From Candidatus Iainarchaeum sp. (GTDB taxonomy: Archaea > Iainarchaeota > Iainarchaeia > Iainarchaeales > UBA10191), in NCBI GenBank assembly GCA_030649735.1, contig JAUSFL010000032.1:1-24235 (forward strand): a DNA stretch of 24,235 nt, in the 5' to 3' direction. A program made the translations under genes and the position numbers. Below are positions 17,464 to 24,235 of the stretch, piece after piece (the stretch's first letter is position 1; every line of letters begins with the position of its first letter). The notes below the pieces were generated by a model that saw only the letters and a program-made list of their open reading frames with translations, did not search any database and was not told where the DNA came from.

Positions 17464-17667
17464 CTAATGCACCATCTTTTGGTTTTGCTTCAAGGCTTCT
17501 AATGCCGGAACGTGAATTTCCTCAATCAGTGTTTTTGCTCCGCGGCCCTTGCTTTTTCTGGTTTCCGGGCTTGCGCGCAATTTTTCAAGCTCGCCTATTT
17601 TCAGCTTCAATTCCTTGATTATTGAAACCATTTTTCTCTTTTTTTCAGCGTCAAAACTTGAATTCAT
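17464..17667 (-). CDS. Small hypothetical protein
   Basis: ATG start, 3-bp gap to DUF192, head of the operon opposite uppS. Confidence 0.55.
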   Translation of the reverse strand: MNSSFDAEKKRKMVSIIKELKLKIGELEKLRASPETRKSKGRGAKTLIEEIHVPALEALKQNQKMVH

Positions 17668-17784
17668 TGTTTCTCACTATCGTACTAGTGCTTGGAATTT
17701 TTTAAGACTAGCACTTTATATATTTTTTTAGAACTATTTAATACTGATAGTTGTATAGTATTTAGTATTCGGAATTTGATTAGT

Positions 17785-18480
17785 ATGGAGCTTAATTCTA
17801 TAGCGTTTATTCCTGACGGGAACAGGCGCTTTGCAGTCAAGTCAGGCATTTCCTTGCTTGAAGCCTATAAAGTGGGAACTCGAAAGGCCTGGGACGTGTT
17901 TTCCTGGCTTAATGACTATCCAAAAATCAAGGTCGGGACTTTTTGGAGCCTTTCTTTGGAGAATTTCAAGCGGGCTTCGGAAATTCCCTTGCTTTTCGGG
18001 ATTTTTGAGAAAGAGCTTGATAAGGTAATTAAGTCAAGGCTTTTTGAAGACAATGAAGTGCGGTTGAAGTTTTTGGGGAGAAGGAACGTGTTTCCAAAAA
18101 AACTGCAGCAGAAAATGATTGATGCCGAGAAATTCACTGAAAGCTTCGGCAAGAAAACAATGAATGTCGCGTTGGGCTATAGCGGCAGGGCTGAAATTGT
18201 TGACGCTTGCAAAAGCATTGCCGCTAAAGTAAAGTCCGGCGAGCTTTCATTGAATGAAATCAACGAGGAATCCTTCAAGGATTACTTGTACGGAAACTTT
18301 CAAAACCCTGATTTGATAGTTCGAACTTCCGGAGTCCAGAGAACTTCGGGCTTTTTGCCTTTCCAAAGCTCTTACTCAGAGCTTTACTTTTGCCAGAAAT
18401 ACTGGCCTGAATTCGAGCGTGAAGACCTTGCCTTGGCAATTGAAGACTTCAACTCCAGAGAGCGAAGGTTCGGAAAATAA
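17785..18480 (+). CDS. uppS: cis-prenyltransferase (polyprenyl diphosphate synthase)
   Basis: IAFIPDGNRRFA, SLENFKR, ALGYSGRAEI, PDLIVRTSG, YSELYF, WPEF, RERRFGK; start reassigned to the ATG at 17785. Confidence 0.95.
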   Translation: MELNSIAFIPDGNRRFAVKSGISLLEAYKVGTRKAWDVFSWLNDYPKIKVGTFWSLSLENFKRASEIPLLFGIFEKELDKVIKSRLFEDNEVRLKFLGRRNVFPKKLQQKMIDAEKFTESFGKKTMNVALGYSGRAEIVDACKSIAAKVKSGELSLNEINEESFKDYLYGNFQNPDLIVRTSGVQRTSGFLPFQSSYSELYFCQKYWPEFEREDLALAIEDFNSRERRFGK

Positions 18481-18543
18481 GCGCGGTCTCCACCGGAACT
18501 TTACCCGCGAATTTCTTTTATATTCCAAAAGTAAAGTTTCATA

Positions 18544-19482
18544 ATGCCTGATTTTTTTATTAACTACTTTCAAGACGCCACTTCCCTTAATTTTGACATT
18601 TACATTTCTGGTATTCAACCAGAAATCAATGAGTTAGTATGGAAACTTGGCGGGCCGGCAAAAGCTTCGCTAATGCTAGGCGTAAAATACTCTCGCTTGA
18701 AAGAATGGCATTTGGGAAGAAATCCAATTTCTTTTAATCAATTAGAGAAGATTCTTGCGCTTTTTGATTCTCAAGTTCAAGAAGAGTTCAAGGAAAGAAT
18801 TCTTTCAAAAGGATTGTTGGCGAGTTGCAGATATTCCCAAAATGTTGTGGCATTTCCAAAGCAAATGTCTGCTGATTTGGCTTATGCCATTGGCTTAATT
18901 TTAGGGGATGGCAGCTTGACTGGTGATTCTTCAAACAAAAAAGGAAATTGGACAATTTCAGTATTCTTTGATAATTCAAGTCATTTGGGGATTTATCAGG
19001 AAATAATATTACATGAATTAGGGGTTAAAACAAAAATTTATGGCCAAAAGCGAAATTGTTTAGCTTGTTGTTTTTGCTCAAAGCCATTTCACTGGTTTTT
19101 TCGAGCAATTTTTGGGATTAAGAACGGCTACAAAAGTAATGTTATTGAGATTCCTGAAATAATTCTTAACTCAAATAATAATGAATTAATTATTGCTTGC
19201 TTGCAGGGGCTTTTTGACTCTGACGGAACAGTAATTGCCAAAGGCAGGAAAGTCGTAAAATTTTCAAGCACCAGCGAGAAAATCGCAAGGCAAGTTTCTG
19301 AATTGCTTTTTTCTTTTGGCATTCGAAATTCTGTTGATAAATGGCTGAAAAATGAGCGTTTCAAAATGCTTTATACTGTCCGAATTCAGTCTGCACAAGC
19401 TATTTTAACTTTTGCGAACATTATTAGTTTTAGGCATCCGCTTAAGCTACAAAAGCTGATGTTGAATAGCCCCGTAGTGTAG
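18544..19482 (+). CDS. Free-standing double-motif LAGLIDADG endonuclease-family protein with N-terminal HTH-like region
   Basis: LAYAIGLILGDGSL and CLQGLFDSDGTV motifs, FSSTSEKIA, ISFRHPLK; TATA-like TTTTATAT at 18516-18523; no intein splice motifs seen. Confidence 0.9.
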   Translation: MPDFFINYFQDATSLNFDIYISGIQPEINELVWKLGGPAKASLMLGVKYSRLKEWHLGRNPISFNQLEKILALFDSQVQEEFKERILSKGLLASCRYSQNVVAFPKQMSADLAYAIGLILGDGSLTGDSSNKKGNWTISVFFDNSSHLGIYQEIILHELGVKTKIYGQKRNCLACCFCSKPFHWFFRAIFGIKNGYKSNVIEIPEIILNSNNNELIIACLQGLFDSDGTVIAKGRKVVKFSSTSEKIARQVSELLFSFGIRNSVDKWLKNERFKMLYTVRIQSAQAILTFANIISFRHPLKLQKLMLNSPVV

Positions 19483-19602
19483 CGGCCAAAGAATTCGAGA
19501 ATTCAGATTTTCGGTTCTGCCGAGAGCATACTAGGCTCTGGGGATGCAATTTTATTGCATTAAAGAAACCTGGTGACAGGAGTTCGAATCTCCTCGGGGC
19601 TA
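19468..19602 (+). tRNA. tRNA-Gln(CUG) with two introns (19489-19524 in the D-loop; 19542-19567 at 37/38)
   Basis: Spliced sequence AGCCCCG TA GTGT AGCGGCCAA GCAT A CTAGG CTCTGGA CCTGG TGAC AGGAG TTCGAAT CTCCT CGGGGCT A forms a full cloverleaf with the A1-U72 pair of archaeal tRNA-Gln; both introns have bulge-helix splice motifs; CCA not encoded. Confidence 0.92.
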
Positions 19603-19653
19603 TCAAGACCCGGGGCTTTTTTGAACAAAAGTTCAAAATTGCCTCGGGGCTAT
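19592..19653 (+). repeat. Direct repeat of the tRNA 3' end flanking a hairpin
   Basis: CCTCGGGGCTAT at 19592-19603 and 19642-19653; CGGGGCT also at 19611-19617; TTTTGAAC-aaaa-GTTCAAAA at 19619-19638. Confidence 0.7.
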
Positions 19654-19663
19654 TTTTTCATTT

Positions 19664-20011
19664 CTAGATTTCAAAAACAGATTCTATTTGCCCGCTTGGT
19701 TTTCCTTTATTCTCAAACTTGAATGCGAATTTTCCTTGCTTGAATTGTTCTTCAGTCCTGATTTCAATGGTTACTTTTGCGTTCTTGTCAGCTTCCTTTA
19801 ATTTTGAGTAGTTTATTGAGATTGTATTCTTTCCCGGCTTTAAGCAAGCCAGGTTCTTTAGCTCTGAGCTTAGCATTCCAGCAAGTTCATGGTCTGTTGA
19901 CATTAGCCTTTTGCTCTCGCTTTTTTCTCCTTTAATGCCGATATATTTCCCATTGATTAAGACTTTAATTTCAAAACCATAAGCCATGGCATTCAATTCT
20001 GCCTCAATCAT
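19664..20011 (-). CDS. Hypothetical protein (beta-sandwich-like)
   Basis: 115-aa ORF, KVLINGK and LKPGKNTISINY; GAGG..GTGA upstream of the ATG. Confidence 0.7.
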   Translation of the reverse strand: MIEAELNAMAYGFEIKVLINGKYIGIKGEKSESKRLMSTDHELAGMLSSELKNLACLKPGKNTISINYSKLKEADKNAKVTIEIRTEEQFKQGKFAFKFENKGKPSGQIESVFEI

Positions 20012-20098
20012 TTCACATTACCTCTCACTAAATTTTAGCTTTCGCTCTTTAAAACATTCATTTATGATTTTTGTCTTATTACTTTCATTTTGCGGCAT

Positions 20099-21244
20099 TT
20101 ATCTTAGCGCTGAAATTACTTCGGGCAGCAAGAACCACATTTTCGGGTTTGACAAGAGCTTTCCAGCAAACAGTGATGGATGGTCCATGTTTCCGTGCTT
20201 TTCCAAAAACTGGTCTATTTTTGCGTTCTTTAATTTCGCAAAAAGCCTGTTTAATGACTCGTCATTTTGAGAATTCAAGTATTTCCTGATTTTCCAGTGG
20301 ATTTGCAGGTCTTTGTTCAATGCAGCCGCAAGGTTTTTGTCGTAATTTTTCAAGGGCTTTGAATGATGCAAGTTTTCAATCACTGCTTCAGCGGCAAGCC
20401 TTGCCGCAACGCTTCCAGTGATTATTCCCCCGCCTGTCGTGGCTTTTGTCTGGAATCCCGCATCCCCAACCAATAAAGTGTTTCCTTTCACCAGCTCTTT
20501 CAATGGAGGCCCGATTGGAATCAAGCCGCCTGTCTCGTCAATTTTTTCAACGTCAATGCTTTTTTTGCGCAAGAACTCTTCCAAGGCCTGCTGGGCGTTT
20601 TTCTGCACTGTTGTTCCAATGCCGATTCTTGCAATGCTTTTGCTTTCTGGAATTTTCCATGCAAAGAATTTTTCCGCAAAATCCCCAAAGTACAATTCAA
20701 CAAAGTCTTTCTCGAAATTCCCTTTCGCGCGGATTTGATAGGCGTTCACAAAACTGTCCGAGTGCTGCGTAAGCTTCATTAGAGAGCGCACTTTGCTGTT
20801 CACTCCGTCAGCGCCTATGGCTATTTTTGTTTTCATCATTTCTCCGCGCTCTTCATTCTGGTAGAATACTGTGTCGCTGCGCAAGTCAATGAGCTTGCAT
20901 TTTGTTTTCACTTCCACGCCGAGCTTTTCCGCCTCTTTTAGGCATTCAATGTCGAATTTTTCCCTGTCAATCACCAGCGCGACTGTCTCGTACTTGTGGA
21001 TTGAAAGCATTTCTCCATTTGGCGCGAAAATCCTTGCTCCCTGGATTTCATTCAAAGTGCAGTCTTTCACCGGAAGCTTGTTTATTGCAGCGCCTGACTT
21101 GCTTATGAGGCCTGCGCATTGGAGAGGCCTGCCGATTTTCTGGTGGTCTTCAAGCACTGTCACTTGCAGTCCGGCCTCTGCCAGGTGCTTTGCAGTGATT
21201 AGGCCGATTGGGCCGGCTCCGATAATGCTTACTGTGGAATTCAT
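20099..21244 (-). CDS. Geranylgeranyl reductase family FAD oxidoreductase
   Basis: IIGAGPIG, PLQCAGLIS, IDREKFD, IGADG, FAWKIP, LVGDAG..KATTGGGI motifs. Confidence 0.9.
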   Translation of the reverse strand: MNSTVSIIGAGPIGLITAKHLAEAGLQVTVLEDHQKIGRPLQCAGLISKSGAAINKLPVKDCTLNEIQGARIFAPNGEMLSIHKYETVALVIDREKFDIECLKEAEKLGVEVKTKCKLIDLRSDTVFYQNEERGEMMKTKIAIGADGVNSKVRSLMKLTQHSDSFVNAYQIRAKGNFEKDFVELYFGDFAEKFFAWKIPESKSIARIGIGTTVQKNAQQALEEFLRKKSIDVEKIDETGGLIPIGPPLKELVKGNTLLVGDAGFQTKATTGGGIITGSVAARLAAEAVIENLHHSKPLKNYDKNLAAALNKDLQIHWKIRKYLNSQNDESLNRLFAKLKNAKIDQFLEKHGNMDHPSLFAGKLLSNPKMWFLLPEVISALR

Positions 21245-21261
21245 GCTGAATTCACTTTAAA

Positions 21262-24138
21262 TTAATCCCAGACATCCAGTCCGTTGTTGTATTTCATTCC
21301 GCTGTGAAGATTGGTTGGCTTTTCTGCATTGTCTGGTTTTTTGAATTTTCTTCCAGGAGTCGGGTTTCCGGGGCTTTTTCCAAACTCTATTTTTGGGATT
21401 TTGTCAAAAACTCCTTCATTGCCCCATTTTCCGCCCTTGTCATTGCGGCTTTTCAGGAACAGCGCAATTCCAGCCAGCAAAATTATTATTGCAATTGCAA
21501 GGCCTAAAAGCAGGAAGCCATTATTTGCCTGCTGTGCAGTTCCTTTGCCTGCTGCCGGGCTGTTTTTGTCAGAAACTATTGGCGGGGTTTCAAAGGCTTT
21601 TGCGTTCTGCGCTGAAGCAAGCAATAATGCAGAGTTTTTGTCAGTGAATTTTTTGTCCAGCGAGTATGAAAGCTCCGCGCTTTCTCCGGCCGCAAGCTCT
21701 ACATCGAACGCGATTACCGGATCGTCTTTAAGGATTGTGAATTTCAGGCTGCTTTTCAGCATGCTTGCGCTTGAAGCAAAGCTTTTTGGGACAACTTCAA
21801 CTATCCTGAATTTTTTCTTCTGCTTTTCATTGTTTTTTAGAGTGATTACAATTCCAGCCAGGTAGTATTCTGAATTCTGGTCTTTAATCCGGATTATTTG
21901 GATTGTTCTTTCAATTCCTGAATTGCCTGTCAATTGAACTGCATTGTCCACATTGCCGTCCTGCAAAAATGCCTTTGCCAGCTCTACAAGCCCTTTGGTT
22001 TTTGATTTTTCCGCAATGCTTGCCTTTTCTGACTTTTCAACGCTCATTTGAAAGTCATTGTTCCAGTCTTCAATCAATGCGTTAATCCTGTTCAATGCGT
22101 TTTGAAGCCCCGCGGCGTTCTTGTCGCTATTTGCTTTTTCGGCATTCTTGATTTCGTTAAGAATTTGTGTTTTGTGCTCTATTGACTGGTTTGAAAGCGC
22201 GAGATTGTAATTCTCTATTCTTGCAATTATTCCTTCAATTCGTGATTTGGCATTCAAAAGGCCTTTTGAGAGTTCTGGAAGGTTTGTTGAATTTATGTCA
22301 TTGCTACTGGCCGCTTTTCCCACTTTCACTGTCAAAAGGTCTGTTGCTGAATTATTGCTTGTGTCATAGGCAACGGCGCTTAGGACATAAGTTGCTTTGT
22401 CAAGGCCTTCAGTGTTCCATTCTGCAATGTAATAATTTCCCGTCTTTGAAGTCACTGTTGCAATCAGCTTGCTGCCTTGGTAAAACAAGACTTTCTTTAT
22501 TCCTTTATTGTCTGAGGCAGTGGCTTTCATTGAAACCTTGCCTGAAACTGTTGAATTATTTGCCGGCTCTGCCCAAGTTACTTTAGGGTTTGTGGCGTCT
22601 GATGAATTATCCGGCGTTGTGTCTGGAACACTGCTTGTTGAGACAGTGAAGCTTGTCGAGTATTCCGAGGAATTATTGTCGGCATTGTCTGTTGCAATTA
22701 CATAAATTGTGTGCAGGCCGCTTGTCACTGAAGTGTAATTTCTTGAGCATTCGCTTCCCAAGTCAGCCCATGCCCCAGTGTCAAGCTTTGAATAATACTT
22801 GTAAATTCCGCTGTTGGAATCCATTCCAGAGCAGCTTAATGAAACAGTGGTTGAATTTACTGTCGTGTTGTTTAAAGGCGAACCGAATGCAATGCTTGGC
22901 CCGTTATTGTCAAACATTGTTGAGTCAGTGTATGAAGAGCTCCAAGTCCCGGAGCTTTTCCTGAATTGCGCGTAAATTGTCTTGCTTCCGTTTGATGGAC
23001 TGCAGCCGTAAGTCGTTGAAGTAGTGTCGAACGAAGAGTAAGTTGTTGCGAAAGCTATTGCTCCGGTCCAGCTTGAGTCATTGCATGAAAATTTCATTTC
23101 CGCTGTCCCTGAAGAGCCAGTCAAAGTCAATGTTGGCGTTGAAGTTTTTGAATAGTCCGGGACTGTAATGCTTCCTGTTGGCGCGCTCGTGTCAATTGCC
23201 GCGGCGCTTGCTTCTGTGGAGTCTGTGCCTTCATTGGCGCTTTTGTCCAAAGCGCTTACTTTGAAATAATAAGTTGTTCCATTAACCAATCCTGTTTTTG
23301 TGTATGTTGTAGTGCCTGAAGCAATTGTTGCTATCAATGTTTCGGAGTTTGTGTCAAAGCCAGAAATAGTTGACATGTAAACTTTGTATTGGTTCAAGTC
23401 AAAAACGCTGACTGCACTCCAGCTTAATGCGACTTGAGTGTTTCCCGCGGTTGCCGAAAGCCCTGAAACTTGCGCTGGCGCAGTGTTGTCTGCGTAAATA
23501 ACGCTTGAAATGCTTGCCTGTGTTGCAGAGTTTCCCGCAGTGTCGTTTGTGTCGATTGTAATGTTGTAAGTTCCGTTGGCGTCAATTGATGCAATGTTGT
23601 AATCGCAATGATAATTTGTTCCAAAAGCAGTGCAGCCAGTTCCTGAAAGCGTTGCGGCGTTTCCGCCGACTTTAACGCTGATTGTTGCATTGTTCACTCC
23701 TTCAGCGTCATTCACGTCAAAGGCAAGCCAGTTGCTGTTCACTGTGCTGCTTGATGAAGGAGTTATTGTTGTAATCGTTGGGACTGTGTTGTCAAGGAAG
23801 ATCCAGTCGCTTGCTGTTGCAGTGTTTCCGTCAGTTGATTCAGCCCGCAAGTAAACTGTTCGGTTTCCGTCGCCTGCAATGCATCCAGCGCCAGTCTTGA
23901 TGTCAAAGTCTGTCTTTGATGCCCCGTAAGCTTCAAGAGTGCTCCAGGCTGCGTTGTCGCAGGAAAATTGCATTCCGTTCGCGTCTGAAGCGCTGATACT
24001 TAAAGTGGGGGTTGAGTCTGAATTGTTAGTGTATTTTGGGGAAATTCCAAAGCTTGAAATCGTTGGCGTCAAAGCCAACCCGAATGATAAAAAAACAAAA
24101 AAGCCCAGCATTAATAAGACGAAATTCTTCCCACTCAC
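21262..24138 (-). CDS. Large anchored surface protein with Ig-like and FN3 domains
   Basis: Signal peptide; FN3 PAQVSGLSATAGNTQVALSW..GLVNGTTYYFKVSALD; Ig-like ATASDNKGIKKVLFY..AVAYDTSNN; VEVVPK..DPVIAF domain; TM helix and cytoplasmic tail. Confidence 0.88.
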   Translation of the reverse strand: MSGKNFVLLMLGFFVFLSFGLALTPTISSFGISPKYTNNSDSTPTLSISASDANGMQFSCDNAAWSTLEAYGASKTDFDIKTGAGCIAGDGNRTVYLRAESTDGNTATASDWIFLDNTVPTITTITPSSSSTVNSNWLAFDVNDAEGVNNATISVKVGGNAATLSGTGCTAFGTNYHCDYNIASIDANGTYNITIDTNDTAGNSATQASISSVIYADNTAPAQVSGLSATAGNTQVALSWSAVSVFDLNQYKVYMSTISGFDTNSETLIATIASGTTTYTKTGLVNGTTYYFKVSALDKSANEGTDSTEASAAAIDTSAPTGSITVPDYSKTSTPTLTLTGSSGTAEMKFSCNDSSWTGAIAFATTYSSFDTTSTTYGCSPSNGSKTIYAQFRKSSGTWSSSYTDSTMFDNNGPSIAFGSPLNNTTVNSTTVSLSCSGMDSNSGIYKYYSKLDTGAWADLGSECSRNYTSVTSGLHTIYVIATDNADNNSSEYSTSFTVSTSSVPDTTPDNSSDATNPKVTWAEPANNSTVSGKVSMKATASDNKGIKKVLFYQGSKLIATVTSKTGNYYIAEWNTEGLDKATYVLSAVAYDTSNNSATDLLTVKVGKAASSNDINSTNLPELSKGLLNAKSRIEGIIARIENYNLALSNQSIEHKTQILNEIKNAEKANSDKNAAGLQNALNRINALIEDWNNDFQMSVEKSEKASIAEKSKTKGLVELAKAFLQDGNVDNAVQLTGNSGIERTIQIIRIKDQNSEYYLAGIVITLKNNEKQKKKFRIVEVVPKSFASSASMLKSSLKFTILKDDPVIAFDVELAAGESAELSYSLDKKFTDKNSALLLASAQNAKAFETPPIVSDKNSPAAGKGTAQQANNGFLLLGLAIAIIILLAGIALFLKSRNDKGGKWGNEGVFDKIPKIEFGKSPGNPTPGRKFKKPDNAEKPTNLHSGMKYNNGLDVWD

Positions 24139-24235
24139 TTTTTTTCAACCCCTCTGAAATTCAATAAGATTGTTCTATTGGAAAGTTCAAAACATTTTTA
24201 AACCGCGCTTTTCTGTTTTTTGCGCGTTTTTTGAA

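Noticed and set aside
17692-17784. N-terminal extension of uppS
   Set aside because: AT-rich divergent promoter region; family similarity starts at the ATG at 17785.
18481-18510. GC-rich imperfect dyad GCGCGGT...ACCCGCG between uppS and the LAGLIDADG gene, considered as a split-tRNA piece or intron boundary
   Set aside because: No match to tRNA arms and no complementarity to the tRNA-Gln flanks that I could find; at most a weak hairpin.
18544-19482. LAGLIDADG ORF as an intein or intron-encoded protein
   Set aside because: No host extein, no N-terminal Cys/Ser or C-terminal His-Asn splice motifs; uppS ends normally and the tRNA is complete downstream.
1683-24157. Many short ORFs antisense to or overlapping long genes (e.g. 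8422-8961, 12106-12564, 15450-15974, 21311-21865)
   Set aside because: Shadow frames of well-supported genes, with no motifs and mostly non-ATG starts.
1-24235. CRISPR array, rRNA, transposase, integrase or reverse transcriptase
   Set aside because: No regularly spaced repeats or diagnostic motifs seen in the window.

Overview
Archaeal window, most likely DPANN (inferred Ca. Iainarchaeota/Diapherotrites-like from TATA-type promoters, an intron-containing tRNA-Gln, DPANN-style surface proteins and a free-standing LAGLIDADG gene). The left ~8.4 kb looks like one end of an integrated, conjugative-type element: an AbiE type IV toxin-antitoxin pair with a three-copy operator, a minimal T4SS-like operon (VirB2-like pilin, anchored secreted protein, VirB6-like, PrgI/VirB3-like, VirB4 with an extra nuclease-like tail), a lipoprotein and a Zn-ribbon protein. 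It abuts a TadA/CpaF/VirB11-family ATPase gene that stops abruptly inside its conserved core, consistent with integration into that gene. The right part is host chromosome: two large anchored surface proteins, an RDD-fused coiled-coil ABC-2 permease with its ATPase, DUF192, uppS, a LAGLIDADG ORF whose last codons are the 5' end of a tRNA-Gln(CUG) carrying two introns, and a geranylgeranyl reductase. The most striking unexplained signal is a very strong D-x-N tripeptide enrichment in extracellular proteins of both host and element. All calls are from reading motifs by eye; no searches were run.
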